Shown in pieces: positions 1 through 10,570 of a stretch of 64,000 nt of DNA. The stretch is from the NCBI GenBank assembly GCA_040437565.1, contig JBDOQK010000003.1, positions 930,001 to 994,000 of the forward strand, given 5' to 3'. The notes under the pieces were generated by a model, which did no database searches, was not told the origin of the DNA, and saw nothing but the letters and a program-made list of their open reading frames with translations. This DNA is from Albugo candida (lineage: Eukaryota). How positions within the stretch are numbered: position 1 is the first letter of the stretch; every line of letters starts with the position of its first letter. The position numbers and the translations under genes are program-made.

Positions 1-77
1 AAAAAGAAGAATCATATATTTGAATCAGTTTCTATCATTTGTGAATTTTATCGGTCCTGGACAAGGTCTCCACAGCA

Positions 78-805
78 ATGTACGTTTCCCGCACTCAGTT
101 CTGCCTGGTTGTTCGTGCATTATGCTATATTGTACTGTCATCTGCGAATTCTGAATGCCCAATTCCTGAAGGGGGTTACGTTTGTAAAGTTAATCCTTTC
201 GAAAATCAAGACAGTACTTCAACGATATGGTTGGGAATGGCAGGAATGTATGGTGTGTGCTCTACCGAGAACCATGATGGTAAGGAAATGATAGCTGCTG
301 CGATTGAATTCAATCTGGATATCGATGGCGACGGCAATCATGTCATACCTTTTCCTACCTATTCAAAAATGACAAAATCCACATCACAAAGGGACTCAGA
401 GCCCTTTCCCTGAAAGACATAAGCAAACAAAAGCTTGACAAATCGAAACTATATCCAAACGAGGGCGGCAAAAAGTGGGCCTTGGAGATCAGACGCCCCG
501 AAACGAATACACCTCTTATTAAAAATGATGTGACATCAGTCGACTTTACCTTACTTGATGGTGTCTTTGCAACCCACGTCTATATGAGCGAGACCAAAGA
601 CCCATTTGAAATTAACTTGAAGTGTGGGGTGACATTTGAGATAAAGCGGGATGAAATACGATTAAGTGAGAATGACGGTGGTTTGACAATTGGGTACTCG
701 CAATTGATGCGACATGAAGCCCAATTTATCAAAATCGGAGCTGACTTATATATTGATCTGGCAAAGCAAGCATCATCAGTAGAACTCATTTCCCACACTC
801 AATGA
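78..805 (+). pseudogene. Secreted-protein (effector-like) gene of ~240 aa, split by a single frameshift near 340-360
   Basis: Signal-peptide-like N-terminus MYVSRTQFCLVVRALCYIVLSSA followed by a Cys pair (ECPIPEGGYVC). The frame of ORF 482-805 is open from ~308 (FSYLFKNDKIHITKGLRALSLKD...WALEIRRP) and overlaps ORF 78-413, so one indel joins them. A paralog lies at 9355-9661. Confidence 0.6.
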
Positions 806-2633
806 TCGTCACAATTTTGTGCACTTTATAGCCAAGCTATGAGACTGATAATCCAAAAACATTTTTGACCTTTGACATGTGCAGCCTTTCATTTTCTATT
901 ATTTGGTTTAGAGTATTGCTTCCGTATTCCATGTTCAGAGCAGTACATGCTACCTGTCCTGCCTTCTATTATCAGGATGCCAATCTATGTTCATCAAAAT
1001 TTATCCGCTATGCAAAGAAAGAGGTAAGGGCACTGCCCCATAGCATTCTGGATCCTTCTTTATTTGTATTCTTAAATCGTGCAAATGTATTATTGTCAGC
1101 GGCTGGTGAGCATCTATCAAGCACTTCTATAAACAGAAGCCCGATTCAATACAAAGGTCTTCCTTATGGCTTGCATAAGATTCGCATCTGTTGTTTTCTC
1201 TGCGCACCTTCCATTGGGTCATGTTTTGGTCTATTTATCAGCCTAGGTGCCCTGCAATCCGCTAAGATGACTTTGGAATTCTACCGTGCAATACAAACGA
1301 ATAACTTTTTGTTCATCCAAAGACCAAAAAAACAGGATAACATAAGAAGTAGAGTTCACAGGTTGCTTGACATGCAGTATTCAAACCAGAAGCGCTTTTG
1401 GCCCGCAGGTGGCCCAAGGCCTTGAATGTCATGCCGCCGAGTCGGGCAACAAGATTGAGCTGACGTCACAAGATGACGTCATTAGGAACATTATAGAGGG
1501 ACCTAGAATGACAGGCTTAGAGGTAGCACAGGGTAGCGAACTAACGACCTATATTAAGGCAGTTTTAAATTTCTAAGTGAACAATAAGTCTTCACATTGA
1601 ACGTTTCGATACGTTCAGCCAAAAACACAGATGAAACTTGCTTGACGCTCTTCTTTACTTTATTCTTTGCACAGCTCATCTTAGCGGAGGGAGCCCACAA
1701 AAACTGGATGCAAACGGGGCCAATGGCCGCGTCGTCGATGAAGCGAATGCCATGCACGTTCACCAGCTAATAGAGCGATAAGACAATATAGAAACAGCCA
1801 TTTGTTCGGCTACATATGGTGAATACACCTTCCAAAAATTGCCGGAAGAGTCAGTCTCTGTGATTCACCACATTCAAGCCGTTATTCTTCGTGCGACAAG
1901 CCGGACGACGGATGCTCGGCTGTCGACTATGTGGTACAGTAGTATGGTACATCCAAAATGACTTGTTAGCACGCTTGTGCGCTCAAGGAACACCAAGACA
2001 GCCGAAGCGATCGAAACTGTGGCAAAGCATCCGATTGCACAGTGGTACACCGATTGTGGTCTATTTGTCGCCTACCTGAACACCAACTAATACTGTCAAG
2101 AAACCGATGGAGCAGTGCCCTATAAAATGTAGCTGTCGTCTATAGGCTACCGAGCAAAGACTGCAAAAAACAATTAAAAGCGGACGTCTGTGATAAATCG
2201 AAAGACTACTGCAAACGATTTTATCTGCTAAAAAGTAGTAAGAAAGGAAGTAGAAGCGTATAATTCGCATCCTAAAAAACGCTATGCAGTTTAATGCACA
2301 TTTGGAGTCAAGTCGTATCATAGACAAAGCGAGTTGTTGTTGTCTAGGAAACTTCTTTAATGCAGATGCTTAAAACAAGTCGTCCAGCCGCATAATAACT
2401 GTCGAAACTTTCGAAATTCTCACTGAGTTGCGGCTGATTTGCAGGCGGAGGAAGAGGAGCACGTATTGTAATAAGGAGACGTCTTTTCATTGCTGAGTAC
2501 GGGTTTTCTCTAAGTGCAAGATGCGTTTTAACTGCTACCAATCGCGTCACATCTAAAGACGACTTTTACTGCGAGACCACTGACTACTTCGCATTATTTC
2601 TTCACCAGCTTTCCACATTACAAATCTAGGAAT

Positions 2634-3026
2634 GTTGCAGTATACGCCGAAGAGCCTGAAAACTACACAAAATTATCCGAATTGATGCAAGAGGTTTGCG
2701 ATTACCCTTCTCGGTACCTTTCAAATATCTTAACGTAGTCATAGATACAAGAATGCGGTCATCCACCAGCAGAGATCGTCAAGGAGTTGGCACCAGGTCT
2801 ACAGTTTGATGCGAATGGAATGCCCGAGCTACCCAATGTAAGTCGACATACACTATCCTTACCAATGCTCAAACCAGTCTTCACGATGCAGATTGAGAGC
2901 ATGCTTTCACCGATGTCAGGACTACAAGGTTTGTACGCTAGTATCTTTCGCGAACAGTGGAACCATCATGATTGTATCACTGGTTTCTGTCCAGCAGGAG
3001 GTCAAGACCAGTGCATTTTAATGTGA
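2634..3026 (+). pseudogene. PEX19: PEX19 (peroxisomal membrane protein receptor) 3' fragment: four exons, no 5' part visible
   Basis: Spliced translation VAVYAEEPENYTKLSELMQE|IQECGHPPAEIVKELAPGLQFDANGMPELPN|IESMLSPMSGLQG|GQDQCILM*. GT-AG introns at 2694-2744, 2838-2891 and 2929-2997. Matches the PEX19 'LMQxMQxCGxPPxEIVKELAP' motif and ends in a CaaX box (CILM). Confidence 0.8.
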
Positions 3027-3323
3027 CATAACATCAATCAGGAATAGAGTCCTTGAATAGCTTGTATTACACCATTTCCAATAGTGTCTCTTCAACTTCA
3101 GCATGCGTTTCTAATGCGTGCATAATGATAAACATGGACAGAACGAGTACCAATTAGCTGTATTTTCTTCTTCATTTACGTTCAATTCGTACATCCTCTC
3201 TCGTAGAAAATACTCACCCTACTGCTTCTGATACGATAAAGTCAATCGATTCCAAAGTGAGCGTACGACAAGTGATCCTATTCATTTGCTGATACATACC
3301 CATGCTAGTCAGGCGATACGCAG

Positions 3324-5160
3324 ATGAGATCGAGAGTCTTACCACCTCCTAGCAACCCGCCTCCACAGAAAACGATGCCATCGGTAGCAGCTTTTCGATC
3401 CAAATCTTCACTGCCGCCTCCAAAACTACCTCCACCAGAACACGCAGCCACCAGCACATCTGTGAATAAGATTCGAGGAGCTGTACGTCCACCAACAATT
3501 GCGCCACCCGACATGAAACCACCTTGCAAAGAAAGCCCATCCTCCAACGCATCAGAAAAGAAGGAGAAAAGAGAGTCGAATTGTATCGATGGGCAATATA
3601 AGAACGGCGATGTAAGTGGAGAAAGGAATGTTGCCGAAAGCAAAGGTGCGAAACTATGTCTTTTAGCGTTTCTTTGTCATTTTGCTGCGTAAATGTAAAA
3701 TTTGAAAAATTGAAAACGTTTGTGATAGACTCTGATACAAAAATAGTAGCGAATCCATCGAAGAAATTGGACGAAGTGGTTGGAAACAATTTATTGGGAA
3801 ATGCAAGAAATGTCGTCTTGGCAGCAAGTGATCCCTTCTCACAGAATTACGTCAACAATCCGAACAATGAAAGCACAATACAAAAAAACAGTCTGTCACA
3901 TGTGCTACTTGCTACGACAGCAGCACTATCGACATCAAAGGGAAAATCTCTTCAGAACCAGGAAAGCTACGAGAGCGTGCAGACCACAGTCACAAATCCT
4001 CGGCCGGTGTCATTGACGTCTGTGGTACGTTCGGGTGAAGAAGAAGAGGAAATGGTTTTGGTACAGGAGCAGACGTACACGACAAAGGAAATATACACAT
4101 CTGAAGGAAGGTTGAGTCACATTCACGAGTTTGCACTAAATGGGGATGAGATTGAAGAGATCCCTTTTCTGGAGATCAATACTGTGGTATACAGCGAGAC
4201 AAAATCAGTTAATAGTGTCGAATCCGAGAACAAGTATGGCGACGAGAAGCAGAAGGAGGAGGATGGTACCAATGCGCTGGATCTTCCAGAAAGAAAGGAT
4301 GTCACGGAAGATGTTATTTGGAAGGGGGAACGGGTGAAGAATGAGAATAAGCCGCAAAATGACGATAATGGGCGAAAGGCTCATGACGGAACGAATGCAA
4401 ATGACTCTGAAGGTATGTTGTCGGATACTAGCTGTGTTGACTCGGACGCAGAGAATCAAAAGAGGAAGATTTGTATCATGGCATAAGATCCAATGAACAC
4501 GACGATAGGAACGATAAAACCGATCGGAGCGAAAACAATCATGAAGACATGAAGAGAGTGCAAAATCAATTTTATAAAGTCGAATATCACCTCCTTTTAT
4601 ACAGTGTAAGCAGCGAAATAGATATATAGAAATCGACAGAAGCACAACATCTTGTAGCTGAATCCGGTCATCATGCATACGACGTTGCTTGGAAATTCAA
4701 GAGATCTCAAACAGTTTTACTACTCGAAACTGGTAGAATAGATACCCGCCAGAATAATGTTGCGTTTCAAGTGCAACACACACCCGGGATGAAAGTAAAA
4801 AAAGATGAGTTATTCCACATTGGCGATGCCACCGATTTAAAAGAGGATTGCTAGGCACTAGCGATTCCATGTGATAGATCTTGAACTGGGATTCCAGTGT
4901 AATGGCGAATATACATTCACAACAGCATACGTAGAGACCGAGTAGAAGCCGATAAGTTTGTGACTTTGATCGAGTGTTTCCTAGGACCATATTTTCTCCT
5001 GGTAGATCCAATACACTCCCCGTGTCACCGCATCGAGACAACGTCATTAAGAAGACTTGGTCATTTTCCAGCTACTATGGAAGGATATAGCCAATATGCA
5101 AGGATATTCGACCACGCTTGAGACGTTATATTCTAATTCACCTTCAAGTCCCAACTGAAA
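3324..5160 (+). CDS. Multi-exon hypothetical protein: Pro-rich N-terminus, acidic low-complexity middle; 3' end uncertain
   Basis: ORF 3324-3692 (PPPSNPPPQ, LPPPKLPPP) overlaps the 276-aa acidic ORF 3656-4486. Coding-like frames and GT/AG sites continue to ~5160. Confidence 0.45.
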
Positions 5161-7124
5161 CAATCTGCCGGTGAAATTGAACGAATAGTCGACAGAGAAG
5201 AGAGTATTTGTAAATTTTATCCGTGATACGTGTGCTGCTCAATTCTTATTACTTGCAAGAACAACATTGAGGCCTTCCGAGCAAAAATCAATACTGACTT
5301 AGCCAACATCCTAGTGCTTTAGTATCAATTGGCTGTCGTCGAGAAGACTGCAGAAATCATTCTCATCGATACGTCCAGTGATGATGACAAGCGTTTTTCA
5401 AGCACAGAGCGATAGCGAGCTTTGTAAAGCAAGATACTTAGATCTCGGCTAAAACAACGCATATCGTCATTAGACATACATGACGCAATCAATTAGCTTC
5501 TTACTGAGGATGAACGCTAAATTTCATCCTTCTATGCGTTGACTTGGCAAGACTCAGACGGAATGATCAGAGCATTGCTGCTTACATTTTCAAACAGCTT
5601 GAATTTGATTGTTTGTGGACCTTACATCCACTATCGCTACAAGAGACGTTCATGCGGTATAAATAGGAATGCTGGCTCAAAATCCCATACTATTCGAGTT
5701 ATAGCCTCAAAATAGATTTTTGTGTGTTAGAGGACGTCACTACTCTCTCGATGTGCGCAAATGGAAATCGTCAACTGCTGTCATTCTATAATCGCGGTCA
5801 TAATCGCTATGCTTCCCGAAACATTGGCGTATGCTCCATTTAGAGAATTCATTGGCTCCATCATTGGTATCCAAATGGAACTCGGAATATCCAGCGGTTC
5901 TGTACTCCTGTACATGAGGTACTGGCTGGTCCAGATGGTCCCATAATGAAATGGAAACTAGAGCTGTTTGTCATCCATGCAAAGCAAATCAAGTCTATAT
6001 TTCGGATCCACCAATAATCAAGGCCCAAAGACCAAAGTGAATAACGTAGACAGAGCTTTCGTATGGCGCTTTCGTTCAACTAAACTTGGCCACTCTCTTG
6101 CTCATCATGCATGCGGTGATTACATGAAGCATTTTGCGAACCAAGCTGCGATCGTTCATATAGAATTATGTACGATCCGGTGGCCAGTAATCCGGCCAGA
6201 ACAATATTTCTGATCTTACAAAGGCGTCGCTCTAAAATAGACGAGTAGGATCGCTGACAGCAAAACTTGTCCGCGTCCAATAAAATAAGTTGCTCGAATG
6301 CAGAATAGGCAATAGCATAAATTCAGTATTCAGCCCGAGCCTTTGGATCGATTTGCCGAAGGAACACATCGTGAACTTGGATCAAAGTAAGCTATTACTA
6401 AATGGGTAGCGGCCCTTTAAGCTTTTATTGAGTTCATGAACGGAAGCTCGGTGGCACGATAGCATAAGTGGGTTGGCAACATACTCCCGATTACGCAACC
6501 ACTAAATAGATATTTATGCACTTTTGATAATGTGCGGCGATATGAGTTCTCGGTCCAGTGTCGGTAGAAAAGTCTAAGGCTGGGATTCTCGCTTTATAAA
6601 AGCTTCTGACCTGTATCACTGCTGCCGATGAGCTTGGCTCAAACTCATTTCGCTCATGGTGCATGACCTAGCACATTTCGAATATCGTGGCATGCAATTT
6701 CGACACTCATACTTGTTGCACCACATCTCCGATTCAGCACAAAATCTTTTCGCCAGTGATAGGATGCAGCATTTCGCGAAAGCTCGACACGGTCCCCGAA
6801 TTGACACCGAGCAATGGAACGCTTATATAGACCCTGCAGATGAACTGCGATTGCTGTATAATGGGAATGGTACGCTCTCGTCCTGCGTTTTGATTCGATG
6901 CTGGAGCATTTTGCGATGGGAAACGTAGAAAACGCTTAATAAGCTAATGCATATAACCAATGATAGAGATACTAATACAGCCGATTCATTTTATTGGGCT
7001 TGGATAAGATAATCTAGCACCAATGACAGGGACTTTTGATTGCGTATCTCAAAGCGGAATATTAGCTAAAAAGAATCGGAGCCCAAATAGACTTTGTTGG
7101 GGGATCGGGGAAGAAAAGTTGATT

Positions 7125-7402
7125 GAATTTGAGAAACATGAAAGCTGGTTACGACTCGCTTTTCATAGCTCATTGCGAACCACTTTGAAGCAAAAATTAA
7201 TTATTTACATTAGACGTATTTCAAGCTCTATCTTATTTATATTTGTTAGTACAATGTTTGTGCTAAAGCCGAGCAAACCGAACTGAACATTACAAACCGA
7301 AAAAGCGGCATTCCTTTTGTGATTATCGTCGATGCTAAAGGCCGTGTGGTAGATTGCAATGGAGTGGACAAAATCAAGCATCATGCGATGAGTGCGCTAT
7401 AG
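7125..7402 (+). pseudogene. Nucleoredoxin/tryparedoxin-like thioredoxin-fold 3' fragment with a dead splice donor
   Basis: EFEKHESWLRLAFHSSLRTTLKQK | YNVCAKAEQTELNITNRKSGIPFVIIVDAKGRVVDCNGVDKIK resembles the nucleoredoxin C-terminal 'W.xxpF....LK.ky.V..GIP.lvivd.dG.vv' pattern. The intron 7197-7249 ends TTAG but starts TTAATT instead of GTAATT. No WCxxC exon is visible upstream. Confidence 0.6.
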
Positions 7403-7694
7403 GTCCCCCCGGCCAAGAAGACAGAAAAGCTGTAAAGAAAGGAACTGGGTGAATCTATATCGACTATAGTATCCGTTATCAGATGACTGCTGATGAATTT
7501 TGTAGTATTACCCGATAATTATTTCAGTGTCCAAATGTATAAAATGCATGGTTTCAGGTTGTATCACGACATAAGAGTTCAAAAAAGTCTGTTGCGCTTA
7601 TAAGCGCCTAGCTAGCGGAAAGTTTCGAAGGTATCTCTGTCAACAAGGCCACTCTGTCATATCAGGGTTTTCATGCTTGCAAATCGCGTAGTCT

Positions 7695-8492
7695 TCTTCA
7701 CCAAATACATGACGTTGAGCTCCTCTACGTGTCATAGCTGCCAAGGGTAGTCAGAACGCTTTGATATAGCGAAGTAATGAGCTGAGCTCAATTTATGACT
7801 GTGCAATACAGCAAACGGATTCGCGGAAAATCTATCAAGAGTAAATAATGTGGGAAAAGATTACCTTAAGTGACTTACATTGGGCAGCTCATCCTATCGA
7901 CTTATAATCACAACGTGACTAGAATCGGTAAAACTTATTGCACGGTAGGCCCTAGAAGATATACTCGAAATGCTGACAACTGGCACCGATTTTGAATGCA
8001 TTATTATTCGAACAACAAACAGGTTCATACGTGTCATATCTAGACCTAGACCTGCGCTTCAACGGCTCGATAAACTTTTTACATAGACGGGACTCTGCTT
8101 TACTCAACTCGCGAGATCCGATAGCATAGCGCGATGGTAATTTCACGAGTACTAAAGNNNNNNNNNNNNNNNNNNNNNNNNNNNNNNNNNNNNNNNNNNN
8201 NNNNNNNNNNNNNNNNNNNNNNNNNNNNNNNNNNNNNNNNNNNNNNNNNNNNNNNNNAAGATATACTCGAAATGCTGACAACTGGCACCGATTTTGAATG
8301 CATTATTATTCGAACAACAAACAAGTTCATACGTGTCATATCTAGACCTAGACCTGCGCTTCAACGGCTCGATAAACTTTTTACATAGACGGGACTCTGC
8401 TCTACTCAACTCGCGAGATCCGATAGCATAGCGTGATGGTACGTTCACGAGTACTAAAGGTTATTTGAAACCTTCCGAACAATGTTGATCGT
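7695..8492 (+). repeat. Copy A of a degenerate, coding-like repeat of unknown family
   Basis: Aligns by eye in inverted orientation to 10054-10570: close match over the first ~95 bp, more diverged after. Contains an internal gap-flanking duplication. Confidence 0.75.
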
Positions 8493-9354
8493 TATGAACT
8501 AGGAATCGCCTTGAAAATGTAGAAGTGATATTTTTTTTTACCTTTGCATAACAAAATTTACCGACTCATTGCAGTATTCTCTCGGTAACCCATACACGAC
8601 AGCTAAATTATGCAGGGCACTGCTCCATCGGATCCTGGACAGTATTCGTTTGTATTCAGGTAGGCGTCCAAATTCTCCTCCACAGATCGATCACGAACGA
8701 TGGAACAGTGTCGAATCGGATGCTTTGCTACAATTTCAATCGCTTCGGCTGTCTCCGGTGTTTGTAGCGGAGCTACTATAGATCCTTGCCAGAGGAAGGC
8801 TATCTGCTCGACGAGCAGATTAGTTTTTTAAAAGAACTCAACTCAACGAGTCAACAAGCTTATAAGCTTAAGGTCCTTGTTCAAGGGACCTAACGATTCA
8901 GGGAATCGACAACACAGCCACAAAGTGCACAAGATTTGAGACGCCATAAGTAGGTACGTGTATCTAACTGATCTAAAGAGGAATTGTTCCTCTTTTATTT
9001 TCATCTAAAAGAGTACGATACGCTAAACGTACCTAACCAAGGTACTAATGTCCGGTGGCTGACACGCGTCAGCTCCCAAAGCGAATATCCTAAAGCGAAT
9101 AATCCAAAGCGTCTCAAATGTGTACCGCACTGCATAACGGTTTCTAACCGACGTGTAACTCCGTTACATTGCTTCTTGAGCGCACAAGCGTGCTATCAGG
9201 TCATTTATTTTTGCAACATATATAGCCGAATAAATGGCTGTATTTACATTGTCTTATCGCTTTATTAGCTGATGAATGTGCTTGGCATTCGAAGCATTTA
9301 CGTCTTATTCTAAGCAATGTCCCATCTTACTCACCAGCTTTTACAAAAGCACAA

Positions 9355-9661
9355 CTAGTCAAAGCTGATTAGCCTATTCGCATCCATTTTGTCGGCTTCC
9401 ACCTCTAAGATCACCTCTGCAAAGAGTACAGTGNNNNNNNNNNNNNNNNNNNNNNNNNNNNNNNNNNNNNNNNNNNNNNNNNNNNNNNNNNNNNNNNNNN
9501 NNNNNNNNNNNNNNNNNNNNNNNNNNNNNNNNNTGCTGCTCGTGATAATCTTTACAAACGTAACCACCTCTAGGAATTGGGCACGCGGGGTCCGCAGATG
9601 ACTGTACGATATAGCATGTTGCTTGAAAAACCAGGCAAAATGGAGTGCGTGGAATTTACAT
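9355..9661 (-). pseudogene. Paralog of the 78-805 secreted gene, inactivated by a stop at codon 2
   Basis: The reverse complement reads cctggacaaggtctccactgca ATG TAA att cca cgc act cca ttt tgc ctg...tgc cca att cct aga ggt ggt tac gtt tgt aaa, homologous to 55-190 (ATG TAC...). The middle of the gene is lost in the gap at 9434-9533. Confidence 0.75.
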
Positions 9662-10053
9662 TGCAGTGGAGACCTTGTCCAGGACTGATATACTCCAGAA
9701 TAGATAGAGATTGAGTAAAATATATCATCCTTTGATTTACCAAACGAACGGCTGAGAGCGCTCAAAGCACTATCGCCAGAGATCTACTGGATTAAATCTT
9801 CGCGTAATATCATCATTATTATATGCATGGTAGCTCACAATGCGTCGCATTTGATTTATCAATTTCCAAGTTTTATCAAGTCTGACGAGGAGTCCCACGA
9901 TCAAAAACTCCAGTCTTGCCTCGGCTCCTGACGCAATTTCGCACCGAGCATTGACGTAACACGCCACGTCTGGCGTGTGAATCATTTTTAATGTAGAATG
10001 TCGGAGGGTGAAATACAAATATGTCGCAAGGCGTCTGTGAGGATGATCCAGGT

Positions 10054-10570
10054 GAACGAGAGACAGCGTTTGGAAGGATTCAAATAAGCTTCAGTACTTG
10101 TGAGCGTACCAGCGCGCCTGTTACAGGATCTCGCGGGTTGGTGAAGCGGGGTTCTCTCTTTATAGGATTTATGGATCCGTTAAAGCGCAGTTCAGGTCTG
10201 GATACAGCACACATGAGCCTGTTTGTTGTACCAGTATGAATGCATTCGAAATCAGTACAATTCGTCAGATTTTCGATTCTATCTCCCAGGGGCCTATCGC
10301 GCGATGAATTTTACCGTTTACCAATCACGTTGTCAGTGTAAGTCGATAGTACGAGCTGCCTAACGTAAATCACATAAAGTAACGTTCCCCCACACTAGTT
10401 GCTCTTGTAGATTTTCCGCAATGATAATCCCTTTGCTGTACTGTACTATACATGTACTGTACAGTACATGTATAAAGAGCTCAGCTCATTACTTCGCTAT
10501 ATCAAAGCGCCCTGACTACCCTTGGCAACTACGACACGTAGAGGAGCTCAACCTCATAAGTTTGGTGAAG
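10054..10570 (-). repeat. Copy B (inverted) of the repeat at 7695-8492, ending where the LINE begins
   Basis: Shared translated motif TDFECI..TTN.....SRP.LRFNGSIN....RDP. Homology stops at the LINE 5' boundary (~10571). Confidence 0.75.
10447..10474. repeat. Perfect 28-bp palindrome TATACATGTACTGT|ACAGTACATGTATA
   Basis: Read directly from the sequence; absent at the homologous position of copy A (7790-7806). Confidence 0.95.

Noticed and set aside
865..1650. 186-aa ORF and a possible solo LTR at ~1427-1647
   Set aside because: The ORF has no recognisable motifs; the LTR-like stretch lacks a clean TG...CA pair, a TSD or a second copy.
7695..10570. A single TIR transposon carrying the effector pseudogene
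   Set aside because: No TSD; homology extends hundreds of bases inward with coding character, and the right end is defined by the LINE boundary rather than a transposon terminus.
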